Shown piece by piece: positions 9,995 through 20,350 of a stretch of 64,000 nucleotides of DNA. The notes below the pieces were generated by a model, which ran no database searches, was not told where the DNA came from, and saw only the letters and a program-made list of their open reading frames with translations. The DNA comes from an uncultured bacterium (GTDB lineage: Bacteria > Patescibacteriota > Microgenomatia > UBA1400 > PJMF01). The DNA lies in contig CAIMNJ010000012.1 of NCBI GenBank assembly GCA_903842795.1, forward strand, positions 14,180-78,179, in the 5' to 3' direction. A program made the position numbers and the translations under genes. Positions within the stretch are counted from its first letter, which is position 1, and each line of letters opens with the position of its first letter.

Positions 9995-10858
9995 ATGCCA
10001 GAATTACCAGAGGTTGAATCTATTCGTCGTAAACTTGACGTGGTTTTACGTCAACGTCAAATTGCCAAAATTGAAGTTTTACGCGACAAAAGTTTTCTCT
10101 CCTTCTCTACTTTGGGAAATGAGTTTATCGGGCAAACTGTTTTAGAAGTGAAACGTCGTGCCAAAATTTTGCAAATTGTTTTGAGTGATAAATATGATTT
10201 TCTCATTCATCTTAAAATGACTGGACAATTGATTTTTGTAGACAAAAATGGTCAACGTGCTGGCGGTGGCCATCCCTCCGCTGATTGGGTTAATGATCTT
10301 CCCGGTCGTCATACTCGAGTGATTTTTCATTTTATTGATGGCTCGCGGCTCTTCTTTAATGACATGCGCGTCTTCGGTTGGATCCGCTCGCCACTAAAAC
10401 AAGAAGTAAAAAAAGAATTTGTTAATTATGGTCCAGATATCAATGATCCAAATTTGACTGCCAAATATTTGTTGGAAGCTGCCAAAAAGCGCCAAATACC
10501 GATTAAACAATTTATTATGGATAACAAAGTCATTTGTGGGGTTGGCAATATTTATGCAAGTGAGTCTTTATTTATGACCGGCATCGACCCTACTATTTCA
10601 GCTAGAAATATTAATCCAAAAGACATGGAAAACCTTTTGCAAGCTATGCAATCAATCATTGAACGTTCCACACAGCTGGGCGGGACTACTTTTGATGGTA
10701 AATATGTGGGAGTTGACGGTTTTGCTGGTGGTTTTCAAAATGAATTGCAAGTTTATGGACGAGATGATCAGTCGTGTCTTAAATGTGGCAATAAAATTTC
10801 TAAGATTAAGCAAGGTGGTCGTGGGACATTTTATTGCTCTTTTTGTCAGCAAAAATAG
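9995..10858 (+). CDS. mutM: Formamidopyrimidine-DNA glycosylase (Fpg/MutM)
   Basis: N-terminal MPELPEVESIRRKL (catalytic P2/E3) and the C-terminal zinc finger CLKCGNKISKIKQGGRGTFYCSFCQ. Confidence 0.9.
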   Translation: MPELPEVESIRRKLDVVLRQRQIAKIEVLRDKSFLSFSTLGNEFIGQTVLEVKRRAKILQIVLSDKYDFLIHLKMTGQLIFVDKNGQRAGGGHPSADWVNDLPGRHTRVIFHFIDGSRLFFNDMRVFGWIRSPLKQEVKKEFVNYGPDINDPNLTAKYLLEAAKKRQIPIKQFIMDNKVICGVGNIYASESLFMTGIDPTISARNINPKDMENLLQAMQSIIERSTQLGGTTFDGKYVGVDGFAGGFQNELQVYGRDDQSCLKCGNKISKIKQGGRGTFYCSFCQQK

Positions 10859-11906
10859 CTGCTAAAAAAGTAGTGATAGGTACAGCTAAAATTAAACCTA
10901 TACTTCCAACTAAAGTTCTTACTATCTCATCAGCAATTAATTCGTAATTAACGATTTCTGCAAATGGTTTGGCTGAACTATTGAAGAGTAATAGTAAAGG
11001 CAGTGACGCTCCAGCATAGACTAATACAAGGGTGTTCACTACTGAAGAAATATGATCATGTCCAACCTGCATAGCTCGAAAATATAACTCAGCTGTTTTT
11101 AGTTTGGGATTTGCAATTTTGAGTTGTTGGACAATTGAAGCTTGAGAAACTGTAACGTCATCAAGAACTCCAAGTACACCAATAATAATTCCTGCCAAAA
11201 GTAAGCCTTTCATGTTGTAAAGTTCAGGATTCATGGTTTGCAAAAAGCCAGCTTCTTCTGAAGACAAGCCGCTTAGTTTGGTAAAATCAATGAAAAAGTT
11301 TGCCAAAATTCCTGTAACCAACAAGGCTATTAAGGTGCTAAAAACGGCAATGGTGGTTTTGCGATTAATTCCATGCGATGGATAAAAAGTAGCTGGAATA
11401 ATAGCCAATGACCCAAGAATGGCGATTAGAATTGGATTGCTGCCAGTGGCAATTTTTGGCAAAATAAAATAAATAATTACCAAAAATGAAAAAAACATTC
11501 CAATAAGTGAGCCAAGACCTTGCCACTTTGAAATAAATAAAACCATTCCAATAAAAATAGTAAATAAGATTAATAATGAGTTTGTTCTAACTTGGTCAGC
11601 AATAAAAAAAGTTTTTTCATCAGCTTGATAAATCATGAGCTTATCATTGATTTTATATTCTATTTTTGGATTGGTATTATCTATAACCACTAACTGTTGA
11701 TTGAGCTCACCTTTGCTCGTGATTTTTATTTCTAATTTCTGGAACATTTCTCCCATATTGAATGTGCCAGAAGTCTTTTTTTCTAAAATTTGAGTGACAA
11801 TTCCTTGATAATTTTTTGGCTCGATATTTTCTTGTGCTTTAATTTTTTGATTAAACATTAAAATAAAAGCAAAAATAAAAAAGATTGATATAAATATTTT
11901 TTTCAT
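10806..11906 (-). CDS. YibE/F-family-like polytopic membrane protein
   Basis: 366 aa. It has a signal-like N-terminus, a ~100-aa extracytoplasmic domain, and then 6-7 hydrophobic helices rich in GxxxG/small residues. Its 3' end overlaps the mutM 3' end by 53 nt (convergent). Confidence 0.45.
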   Translation of the reverse strand: MKKIFISIFFIFAFILMFNQKIKAQENIEPKNYQGIVTQILEKKTSGTFNMGEMFQKLEIKITSKGELNQQLVVIDNTNPKIEYKINDKLMIYQADEKTFFIADQVRTNSLLILFTIFIGMVLFISKWQGLGSLIGMFFSFLVIIYFILPKIATGSNPILIAILGSLAIIPATFYPSHGINRKTTIAVFSTLIALLVTGILANFFIDFTKLSGLSSEEAGFLQTMNPELYNMKGLLLAGIIIGVLGVLDDVTVSQASIVQQLKIANPKLKTAELYFRAMQVGHDHISSVVNTLVLVYAGASLPLLLLFNSSAKPFAEIVNYELIADEIVRTLVGSIGLILAVPITTFLAAIFADKKSNKMSHDHLA

Positions 11907-12877
11907 GAATTTATTTTTTTCTTTTTTTCTAAAACTAATTTTGCTTTTTTGATGATCGCTAATTTATCTAAACCGTGTTTGTGATATAAATCATCTTCAC
12001 TTCCTGATTCGCCGAAAATTTCTGTGACACCCATAAATTCAAAAGCAATTGACTTGGTGATTTTTTGACCAGCTTCGTTAGCAACAACTTGAGCGAGTAA
12101 GCTATTCAAACCGGAGAAGGTTTGATGTTCTTGGATGACGATGCCGGCACCAGTTTTGTTAAGGCTTTCAATAATTGTTCTTTGATCTAATGGTTTAACG
12201 GTATGCAAATTAATCAATTCCACAGATAGGCCAATTTCTTCAAGTTCTTTGGTAGCTTCTACGGCAGTTTGAGTCATCAAGCCACAAGCAAAAATAGTCA
12301 AATCTTTGCCTTTATTTAAGACCAAGCTTTGGCCTAAAATTATTGGTTGGCTGTCGACAATTGATGGTCTGGCTAATCTAGAGAGACGCAAATAGGTGGG
12401 TGTTTTTAAGGTGTGGAGCTGCTTGGTTAGCGCAAAAGATTGCTTGTAGTCAGCCGGCACAGCTGCAGTAATGGTTGGCAAAGAACACATAATTGCGAGA
12501 TCTTCTAAAGCTTGATGTGTAGAACCATAGCGACCAGTAGCTAAGCCAGTGTGACCACCGACGATTTTTAAATTTAGTTGACTGTAAATAGCGGTGCGCA
12601 GCTGATCAAGATTTCTTTCTGGATTAAAGACAGCATAACTAACTACCCAAGGAGTTTTGCCTGCCAAAGCCAAACCACTAGCCACACCCATCATGTTTTG
12701 TTCAGAAACCCCACATTCGACATAGCGATCAGGAAAAAGCTTTTTAAACTCCGTGAGTTTCATCGAATCAGAAAGATCACCACATAGAACTACTAAATTT
12801 GGATCAATTTTGGCTAATTCTACAATGGCTTCGCCAAAGCCTTCGCGATTACCTTTGATAGTAGAATCACTTGACAT
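11903..12877 (-). CDS. Transketolase, C-terminal (pyrimidine-binding plus C-terminal domain) subunit of a split enzyme
   Basis: Contains ...ECGVSEQNMMGVASGLALAGKTPWV.... The track ORF starts at 12979, but the in-frame ATG at 12877 (MSSDSTIKGNREGFGEAIVEL...) lies 5 nt after the upstream subunit's stop and is preceded by AAGGA. That start is preferred. Confidence 0.85.
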   Translation of the reverse strand: MSSDSTIKGNREGFGEAIVELAKIDPNLVVLCGDLSDSMKLTEFKKLFPDRYVECGVSEQNMMGVASGLALAGKTPWVVSYAVFNPERNLDQLRTAIYSQLNLKIVGGHTGLATGRYGSTHQALEDLAIMCSLPTITAAVPADYKQSFALTKQLHTLKTPTYLRLSRLARPSIVDSQPIILGQSLVLNKGKDLTIFACGLMTQTAVEATKELEEIGLSVELINLHTVKPLDQRTIIESLNKTGAGIVIQEHQTFSGLNSLLAQVVANEAGQKITKSIAFEFMGVTEIFGESGSEDDLYHKHGLDKLAIIKKAKLVLEKKKKINS

Positions 12878-13727
12878 CGCTTTTTTCCTTGATTTGTAAT
12901 TCTTTAATTGCTTGCGAGTATTCGTTTTCACTGGGAATATGGGAATGCCATTTGCTGTCATTTTCCATAAAAGAAACACCTTTGCCAGCTAGACTGCTGG
13001 CCAAAATGATGGTGGCTTGACTCTTATTCTCTTTGGCGTGAGTAAGCTTCTTCTCTAAATCAGCAAAATCATGCGCATCAGCTTCCAAAACCCGAAAGCC
13101 AAAACTCATCAGTTTGAGCTTGAGGTCACGCAAAGGCATTACTTTTTTGATGGGACCAGAAATTTGAATGTTATTACAATCAATGATACCGATGAAATTA
13201 TCCAAGTGGTGATAATTAATAAAAGTATAAGCTTCCCAAACTTGACCCTCTTGTTGTTCGCCATCACTCATCATGCAAAAAACTTGATTATTTTTGCCGT
13301 CCATTTTCATTGCCCAAGCAATGCCAGCAGCTTGAGAAATTCCTTGTCCAAGTGAGCCTGAGGTATTTTCTAAGCCTGGTAAGTTGTCTTTGCTGCCAAA
13401 AGCGAAGTGCGGATGACCTTGTAGACGTGAGCCGAGTTGAGCATAAGTATCTAATTCTGCTACGTCAAAAAAGCCGCTACGAGCCAACACTGCATAAAGA
13501 GCTGGACAAGTGTGACCATTGCTGAGTAAAAAATAGTCGCGCTTGTCCCAATTTGGTCTTTTTGGATCAAAGCGTAAAATTTTGGAAAAATACAAAGTGA
13601 CTAAAACATCAGTAATGCTAAAAGAGCCAGCGATATGACCACTGCCGGAAAGCACTGTCATACGCAAAATATCTTGGCGAACTTTGCAAGCAATTTTATT
13701 TAGCTGTTGGTTGATATTGGCAGGCAT
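12867..13727 (-). CDS. Transketolase, N-terminal (thiamine-diphosphate-binding) subunit of a split enzyme
   Basis: 286 aa with ...GSGHIAGSFSITDVLVTLYF...GHPHFAFGSKDNLPGLENTSGSLGQG...MMSDGEQQEG.... These are TPP-binding motifs. Confidence 0.85.
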   Translation of the reverse strand: MPANINQQLNKIACKVRQDILRMTVLSGSGHIAGSFSITDVLVTLYFSKILRFDPKRPNWDKRDYFLLSNGHTCPALYAVLARSGFFDVAELDTYAQLGSRLQGHPHFAFGSKDNLPGLENTSGSLGQGISQAAGIAWAMKMDGKNNQVFCMMSDGEQQEGQVWEAYTFINYHHLDNFIGIIDCNNIQISGPIKKVMPLRDLKLKLMSFGFRVLEADAHDFADLEKKLTHAKENKSQATIILASSLAGKGVSFMENDSKWHSHIPSENEYSQAIKELQIKEKSDVK

Positions 13728-13754
13728 ATCAATTTCTTTTATGATTTATTTTTT

Positions 13755-16700
13755 TTAAAGTAAAATTTCTTCAATTTTTTTAATCAATGCTTCATCATAA
13801 TTGACTTTGTAAGGCAAAACAATTCTTTCTGCTTTGGTGTCATTGGGAATAACGATGACAATTTTATCGCTGCCCAAATTGGCCTTGAGTAGAGCGCCTA
13901 ATTTTTTGAGAGTTTCTGGAGTGGTTTTGCGAGGCACAAAAATTTCTTGAAAATCTTGATCTTTGACAAATTCTACCTCTTCATCTTTAGGGATGATAAT
14001 TTTTTCAGCAATAATTTTAAATTCTTCTTCCTCGTGTTGAACTTTGCCACGCACCAAAACTACCTGATCTTGTTCAAGTTGAAAACCAAGTTCTTGATAA
14101 GTGCGAGGGAAAATAATTAATTCAGCTTTGCCAGATTGATCTTCCAAAGTGGCAAATGCCATTTTTTGCCCTTTTTTGGTCATGATTTCTTTGAAGCGAC
14201 TAAGTAAACCACCAAACAAAAAGACCTGATCCTGACTGAATTCTGGATCAAGCTCACCAATTTTCATATTTGATCTTTTGTTGACCAAATTAAGCGCATC
14301 AGCCAAAGGATGATCAGTTAAGTAAAGACCAAGCAAATCTTTTTCAAAGGATAATAATTCAGCTTCAGGGTATTCTTTGACTTTGGGAAAGTTGTCTTTG
14401 ATCTCTGTACTCTTCTCGCTAACGCTAGCGAACAAATGATCCTGGCCATCAATTTCTGATTGGAATTGACCAGCATTTTGACGAATCATTTCCAGGTTTT
14501 CTAGCATTGAAGCTCTGGTGGCAAAGCGATCCATGGCACCAACTTTGATCAAGCATTCTAAAGTAGTTTTATTAACTTTGCGACTATCCGTGGCTTGAAT
14601 AAAATGAGTAAAAGAAGCAAATCTTTTTTCTTTGGCGCGAGTTTCTAAAATATTCTCAATCGAAGCTTTGCCTACATGTTTAATGGCAGTCAAACCGAAG
14701 CGAATAGCCATATTTTCTTTGGAACTCTTATCCTCCTCAATGGTAAAGTCTTGACCAGAAAGGTTGATGTCTGGAGCTAAAATTTTGATGCCCATTTTAC
14801 GACAATTTTCGATGGCCACAGCAATTTTTTCATCACGATTCATACCGTGAGAGTTAGATTCAACACTCATGAGAGCAGTCATGTATTCGACCGGATAATT
14901 AGCTTTGAGCCAGGCAGTTTCGTAGGCAATCATGGCATAACAGGCAGCGTGGGCTTTATTGAAACCGTAGTTTGCAAAGGCCTCAATGAAGCCCCAAATT
15001 TTTTCAACAGTTTCTTTTTTATAGCCTTTTTCAACCGATTGAGCGATAAAGCGACTCTTATTTTTATCCAAGATTTTTTTCTTTTTCTTACCAATGGCGC
15101 GGCGCAACATGTCGGCTTCGCCCATAGTGTAACCAGCCATAAAGTGGACAATTTCCAAGATCTGCTCTTGGTAGACCATAATGCCGTAGGTTTCTTTTAA
15201 AAACGGCTCAAGTGATTCGTGAGGGTATTCAATAGAAGATGGATTGTGTTTGCCTTCAATAAAACGCGGAATAAGATCCATTGGACCAGGACGATATAGA
15301 GCCACCATAGCGGTAATATCTGAAAAAGCACTAGGCTTGAGTGATTTTGCTACGCGACGCATACCAGCTGATTCAAGCTGAAAGACGCCAGTAGTTTCGC
15401 CAGAGGCCAAGAGTTCAAATGTTTTTTGATCATCGATCGGAATTTTATCAATTTCAATTTCTTTATGTTTGTATTTTTTTATTAGCTTAAGTGTTTCTTG
15501 GATGATGGAAAGGTTGCGCAGACCAAGGAAGTCAAATTTCAACAAGCCAACTGCATTGTCGTCAATATTGCAGTCCATTGAGTACATGTCTAATTGAGTA
15601 AGGGTTTTGCCAGAACGGGAATCTTTTTGAATAGGAGTGTAATTATCCAAACCCTTATCAGCAATAATAATGGCACAAGCATGCATGCCAGAATGACGAA
15701 TAGTGCCCTCTACTTTGCTGGCTAGATCCAGTAGGCGTTTAAATTTATCTTGTTTATATAAACTTCCAAGCTCGGGAATAGTTTCTATGGCAGATTTGAT
15801 GGAGACTTTTTTTCCTGGTTCATTGGGAATAAGCTTGGCAATACGATCGGGGTCTTCATAGGGCAAACCAAGAACGCGGCCGATATCACGCACTGCCACT
15901 CTGGCTTCCATACGACCAAAAGTAATTACAGCTGCAACGTGATCTTCACCATATTTTTTGGCTACATAATTAATCACTTCGTCACGTTTGATATCAGCAA
16001 AGTCCATATCGATATCTGGAGGTGTGGGGCGTTCTGGATTTAGAAAGCGTTCAAATGGTAAGCCATGTTGCAACGGATCTAAAGTAGTAATATTTAATGC
16101 GTAAGAAACAATTGAACCAGCAGCACTTCCTCTACCTGGACCAACAGCAATGCCATTGTTTTTGGCCCAGTTCACAAAATCTTGAGTAATCAGAAAGTAG
16201 GCTGGATAGCCTTTGCCATTAATAATATCGATTTCATATTCTAGCCTTTTTTTGATTTCTGGAGTGATTTCGCCATATTTCTTTTTAGCACCTTCGAAAC
16301 TTAGTTTGCGCAAATACGAATCATAGGTCTCACCTTTTGGCAGATCATAGCTTGGGAAAATTAGCTTGCCTGTGGGGATTTCAAGTTCACAACTATCGGC
16401 AATTTTAATGGTATTCTCAATTGCCTCTGGCACATCAGCAAAAAGTTCGATCATTTCTTCAGTAGATTTGAAGTAAAAATCTGGCTTATCAATCATCTTC
16501 ATGCGTTTTTCATCAGCAATTAAATGTCTGGTTTGCACGCACAAGAGCGCATCTTGTGCTTCAGCATCTTCTTTTTCCAGATAGTGAATGTCATTGGTAG
16601 CAACTAGTGGCAAGTCGAGTTGACGTGCAATTTTGATTAGTTTGTCTCGCAAGCCCTTCTCTTCTGGAACATGAGGATGATTTTGGATTTCAATGTAAAA

Positions 16701-17213
16701 ACGATCCTTAAAGATCTTTTTGTATTTAGTCAAAATTTCGATTGCTTGTTCATCCTTATCATCTAGTAAAAGACGATTGGCGCGGCTGCTCATGCAGCCG
16801 CTAAGCAGGATGACGCCTTCACTATATTTTTCCAAAGTTTCGTCGTCAATTCTTGGTTTGTAAGAAAAACCTTCAAAATTGGCAACGGTGACCATTTTCA
16901 TTAGGTTTTTGTAACCTACATAATTTTGAGCCAAAAGAGTGAGGTGAGTTTGATCGGCACCCATGCGAATTTGTTTGTCGAAACGGGAATTTTTGGCCAG
17001 ATAAAGCTCTACACCAACAATGGCCTTAATGCCTTCTTTTTTACACTCATTATAAAAAGCAATATTGCCGTGCATATTGCCATGATCAGTAATGGCAACG
17101 GCTTTTTGACCAGAATCTTTAACCTTCTTAATTAGGTCAGGAATTTTGCTCAAACCATCCAGCATCGAATACTCGGTATGGACATGTAAATGGACGAAAT
17201 CTTGCTTAGACAT
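13755..17213 (-). CDS. dnaE: DNA polymerase III alpha subunit
   Basis: 1152 aa with an N-terminal PHP domain, MSKQDFVHLHVHTEYSMLDGLSKIPDL..., and the polymerase core. Confidence 0.95.
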   Translation of the reverse strand: MSKQDFVHLHVHTEYSMLDGLSKIPDLIKKVKDSGQKAVAITDHGNMHGNIAFYNECKKEGIKAIVGVELYLAKNSRFDKQIRMGADQTHLTLLAQNYVGYKNLMKMVTVANFEGFSYKPRIDDETLEKYSEGVILLSGCMSSRANRLLLDDKDEQAIEILTKYKKIFKDRFYIEIQNHPHVPEEKGLRDKLIKIARQLDLPLVATNDIHYLEKEDAEAQDALLCVQTRHLIADEKRMKMIDKPDFYFKSTEEMIELFADVPEAIENTIKIADSCELEIPTGKLIFPSYDLPKGETYDSYLRKLSFEGAKKKYGEITPEIKKRLEYEIDIINGKGYPAYFLITQDFVNWAKNNGIAVGPGRGSAAGSIVSYALNITTLDPLQHGLPFERFLNPERPTPPDIDMDFADIKRDEVINYVAKKYGEDHVAAVITFGRMEARVAVRDIGRVLGLPYEDPDRIAKLIPNEPGKKVSIKSAIETIPELGSLYKQDKFKRLLDLASKVEGTIRHSGMHACAIIIADKGLDNYTPIQKDSRSGKTLTQLDMYSMDCNIDDNAVGLLKFDFLGLRNLSIIQETLKLIKKYKHKEIEIDKIPIDDQKTFELLASGETTGVFQLESAGMRRVAKSLKPSAFSDITAMVALYRPGPMDLIPRFIEGKHNPSSIEYPHESLEPFLKETYGIMVYQEQILEIVHFMAGYTMGEADMLRRAIGKKKKKILDKNKSRFIAQSVEKGYKKETVEKIWGFIEAFANYGFNKAHAACYAMIAYETAWLKANYPVEYMTALMSVESNSHGMNRDEKIAVAIENCRKMGIKILAPDINLSGQDFTIEEDKSSKENMAIRFGLTAIKHVGKASIENILETRAKEKRFASFTHFIQATDSRKVNKTTLECLIKVGAMDRFATRASMLENLEMIRQNAGQFQSEIDGQDHLFASVSEKSTEIKDNFPKVKEYPEAELLSFEKDLLGLYLTDHPLADALNLVNKRSNMKIGELDPEFSQDQVFLFGGLLSRFKEIMTKKGQKMAFATLEDQSGKAELIIFPRTYQELGFQLEQDQVVLVRGKVQHEEEEFKIIAEKIIIPKDEEVEFVKDQDFQEIFVPRKTTPETLKKLGALLKANLGSDKIVIVIPNDTKAERIVLPYKVNYDEALIKKIEEILL

Positions 17214-17280
17214 AAAATTAAACAGAATTAGACTTAACTAACCTCTGGAAAAGTCTAGCATTAATAAGGCAATTTGTAAA

Positions 17281-17538
17281 TTAATTTTTGGATATTTTTT
17301 TAACAACATGCCAAGTGTTATTGGCTTTATCCATAGCAAAATACTCGATGAGCTCTAAATCGTGTTTTGCCAATTCTTTATTTAAGTCAGAAATAGAGTC
17401 TTTAAGCATGTAGCTTAGAACAATGCCTGTTACATCGGTATTTACTTCGGTGTTTGGATGTCTACGTTCAAAAATAACCACTTGAGCAATTAATTTGTCG
17501 ACAATTTGCTCGATACCAATTTGGAATTCAGGTTTCAC
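17281..17538 (-). CDS. Hypothetical small protein (85 aa)
   Basis: ORF between dnaE and gatB on the same strand. It has a GTG start and a weak ribosome-binding site, and no motif I recognise. Confidence 0.3.
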   Translation of the reverse strand: MKPEFQIGIEQIVDKLIAQVVIFERRHPNTEVNTDVTGIVLSYMLKDSISDLNKELAKHDLELIEYFAMDKANNTWHVVKKISKN

Positions 17539-17625
17539 AATAATCTTTTCTAGGCAGACTTATTTATAATTGGTTACTAAATTGTAACTCTTTAGCCAAG
17601 TTGTGTCAAACCAAAAGTAGATTAA

Positions 17626-18966
17626 TTAGCCAAGAGCAATGATGATTTTTTCTTTGACAAAGTTAACATCAGCTTTTTTGCCTAACTCGCGCATGACTTG
17701 TCCAATTAAAAAGCCAATGATTGCAGTTTTACCTGCCTTATATTTCTCCACAGCGTCTTGGTTGGCGCTTAAAACTTTGTTGATAGCATTTTGTAATTCA
17801 CCATCTCCAACATTTTCACTAGTGTTAGCTTCCTTAAAATTGGCAATAATCTGTTCTACAGAATCAGCGAAAGAAAAAGCAATTTTTTTATTAAGCAAAG
17901 CATTGATTATTTTTTGGCAATCAATTTTTTCTTTAGTTGCAGCCAACATTATTTTTTCGTAAAAATCAGACTCTGTTTTATTTTTAGTCAAATCAATAGC
18001 CACTTTTTCATTGAGTTTATAATCGGCCATGAAGCGTTTAGTTTTGGCTTCTGGCAATTCACCAATTTGAGCGCGAATTGCTTCCACTTGCTCAGCTGTG
18101 AACTCAACCGGTGGTAAATCTGGATCTGGGAAATAACGGTAATCAGCTGCATCTTCTTTGGTGCGTTGAGAAAAAGTCTTAGAGGTTTCTGGATTGTAGC
18201 CGCGAGTTTCTTGAATTGGAGTTTCGCCGTTTTCTAGAATTTTTGTTTGGCGATCAACCTCATATTGGATAGCTGCTTCTAAAAATCTAAAGGAGTTGAT
18301 GTTTTTGCATTCTACTTTGTAGTTTGGTAGTTCGGCTTGACCATCTTTGGCGAGAGAAATATTGGCTTCCAAGCGCATGCCACCTTTTTCCATATCGCAG
18401 TCAGCAATATCCAAGTAGCGCATAATTTGGCGCAATTTCTGACCATATTCTTTGGCTTGTTTGGCTGAGATGATGTCTGGTTCAGTGACAATTTCGATCA
18501 GTGGCACGCTGCTACGATTGAAGTCGATTAGAGTGGCTTTGTCCAACTCTCCGTCGCCGTCCAAATCAATATCCTGATGACTTAATTTGGCAGTATCTTC
18601 TTCCAAATGAATGCGAGTGATGCCGACTCTGCCTTCGCTAGTTTCGATGTAGCCACCGTAACAGAAAGGAATGTCATACTGACTAATCTGATAACCTTTT
18701 GGCAGATCTGGATAAAAGTAATTTTTGCGATCAAATTTGGAGAAAAGATTAATTTTGCAGTTCAATGCTAATCCCAATTTAATTGTCAGCTCGATGGCTT
18801 TACGATTGGCCACCGGTAGAGCGCCTGGCATACCCAAACAAACAGGACAAGTATTGATGTTTGGTTCGCTGGCACCAAAAGGGTCGTTTTTACAAGAACA
18901 AAACATTTTGGAAGCGGTTTTGACTTCAGCGTGAATTTCTAATCCACAAACAAGTTTGTATGACAT
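17626..18966 (-). CDS. gatB: Asp/Glu-tRNA(Asn/Gln) amidotransferase subunit B
   Basis: 446 aa, MSYKLVCGLEIHAEVKTASKMFCSCKNDPFGASEPNINTCPVCLGMPGALP... Confidence 0.95.
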   Translation of the reverse strand: MSYKLVCGLEIHAEVKTASKMFCSCKNDPFGASEPNINTCPVCLGMPGALPVANRKAIELTIKLGLALNCKINLFSKFDRKNYFYPDLPKGYQISQYDIPFCYGGYIETSEGRVGITRIHLEEDTAKLSHQDIDLDGDGELDKATLIDFNRSSVPLIEIVTEPDIISAKQAKEYGQKLRQIMRYLDIADCDMEKGGMRLEANISLAKDGQAELPNYKVECKNINSFRFLEAAIQYEVDRQTKILENGETPIQETRGYNPETSKTFSQRTKEDAADYRYFPDPDLPPVEFTAEQVEAIRAQIGELPEAKTKRFMADYKLNEKVAIDLTKNKTESDFYEKIMLAATKEKIDCQKIINALLNKKIAFSFADSVEQIIANFKEANTSENVGDGELQNAINKVLSANQDAVEKYKAGKTAIIGFLIGQVMRELGKKADVNFVKEKIIIALG

Positions 18967-20348
18967 TATTTATTTCTCCATGAATTCCACTTAGTGTTTT
19001 TTTCAAATGCGTCAGCAATTTTGATGATCTTTTCTTCTTGCCACATTGGGGCTATAAAGTTGGCTCCCAAATAAAGATTGGTTTTCTGATCGTGATAAAA
19101 AGGCACATTGATACCTGGTAAACCAGACACGGAGCTAGCTTCTACTAGCATGTCTTCTAGTTCACCGAACATAGCTGACTCAAAAGAGGCGCCAATTTTT
19201 TTGGCGTAAGATGGTGAAGTGGGTGCTACCAAGACGTCATATTTGCTGAATAATTCTTTATAATTTTCTAGGTAAAGAGTGCGAACTTTTTGGGCCAAAT
19301 TGTAATATTTATCAGCATAGCCTTTGGTCAAAGTATAGGTGCCAAGCATAATACGGCGTTTGCTTTCATCGCCAAAGTGACTTCGATCATTGCCATAACG
19401 AATGCCGTCATATCTGGCTAAGTTACTGCTTACTTCAGCACGCTGAACCACAGTGTAAACGCCAATGGCATGATGAGGATCCATAGCTTGGGCAATTTCG
19501 ACTTCTGCCCCCAATTCTTTGAGAATTTCGAGTTCTTTAAGTAGTTTTTCGTTTGTTTCGCCGATTTCTCTGACATCTTGATAAATTACACCAATTTTCA
19601 TGCCTTTGATACTTTGACCAAGAAAACTAGTGAAGTCAGGAGCTTTTTCTTGATTACAGGTGCCATCTTTTTCGTCTGGACCAGCAAAAGAATTGAGTAA
19701 AATACAGGCATCTTCAACAGTTTTAGTAAGTGGTCCTGGACTATCAGTGGAAGAGGCCATGGAAACCACACCAAAGCGACTGACTCTGCCATAACTTGGT
19801 TTAAGTCCAACTACGCCACACCAAGCGGCAGGCTGTCTAATAGAACCAGCTGTTTCACTACCGATTGCCGCGATACTCATATCTGCTGCAATGGCGGCGG
19901 CGCTGCCGCCGCTAGAACCTCCTGGCAAATGCTCTGGGTTGCGAGGATTTAGAGTACGACCAAAATCACTGGTTTCGGTGGATGAACCATGAGCCCAAGC
20001 ATCCATATTGGTTTTGCCATAAATGATGCCACCATTTACTTGTAATCTCTTGGTGACTGTAGATTCATAAGTTGGCATAAAACCCTCCAAAACTTTGGAG
20101 GAAGCTGTGGTGGGCAAGCCAACAGTACAAAAATTATCCTTGACCGCAATTGGCAAGCCACGCAGTGGTTTGTCACTGGCAGCTTTGGCTTGATTCAAAG
20201 CTTCTTTATTGGTACTTAGATAAATATTTAGTTTGGAATTCTCTGCTTCACAAGCTTGATCGACTGCTTGATAAATTTCCTCAATTTTGACTTCTTTTTT
20301 ATCTAAGGCATCAATGCTCTCTTTGAGAGTGAGTTGATTGAGTTTCAT
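18966..20348 (-). CDS. gatA: Glutamyl-tRNA(Gln) amidotransferase subunit A
   Basis: 460 aa with the amidase signature GGSSGGSAAAIAA and a Ser-cisSer-Lys triad context. Confidence 0.95.
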   Translation of the reverse strand: MKLNQLTLKESIDALDKKEVKIEEIYQAVDQACEAENSKLNIYLSTNKEALNQAKAASDKPLRGLPIAVKDNFCTVGLPTTASSKVLEGFMPTYESTVTKRLQVNGGIIYGKTNMDAWAHGSSTETSDFGRTLNPRNPEHLPGGSSGGSAAAIAADMSIAAIGSETAGSIRQPAAWCGVVGLKPSYGRVSRFGVVSMASSTDSPGPLTKTVEDACILLNSFAGPDEKDGTCNQEKAPDFTSFLGQSIKGMKIGVIYQDVREIGETNEKLLKELEILKELGAEVEIAQAMDPHHAIGVYTVVQRAEVSSNLARYDGIRYGNDRSHFGDESKRRIMLGTYTLTKGYADKYYNLAQKVRTLYLENYKELFSKYDVLVAPTSPSYAKKIGASFESAMFGELEDMLVEASSVSGLPGINVPFYHDQKTNLYLGANFIAPMWQEEKIIKIADAFEKNTKWNSWRNK

Positions 20349-20350
20349 GA

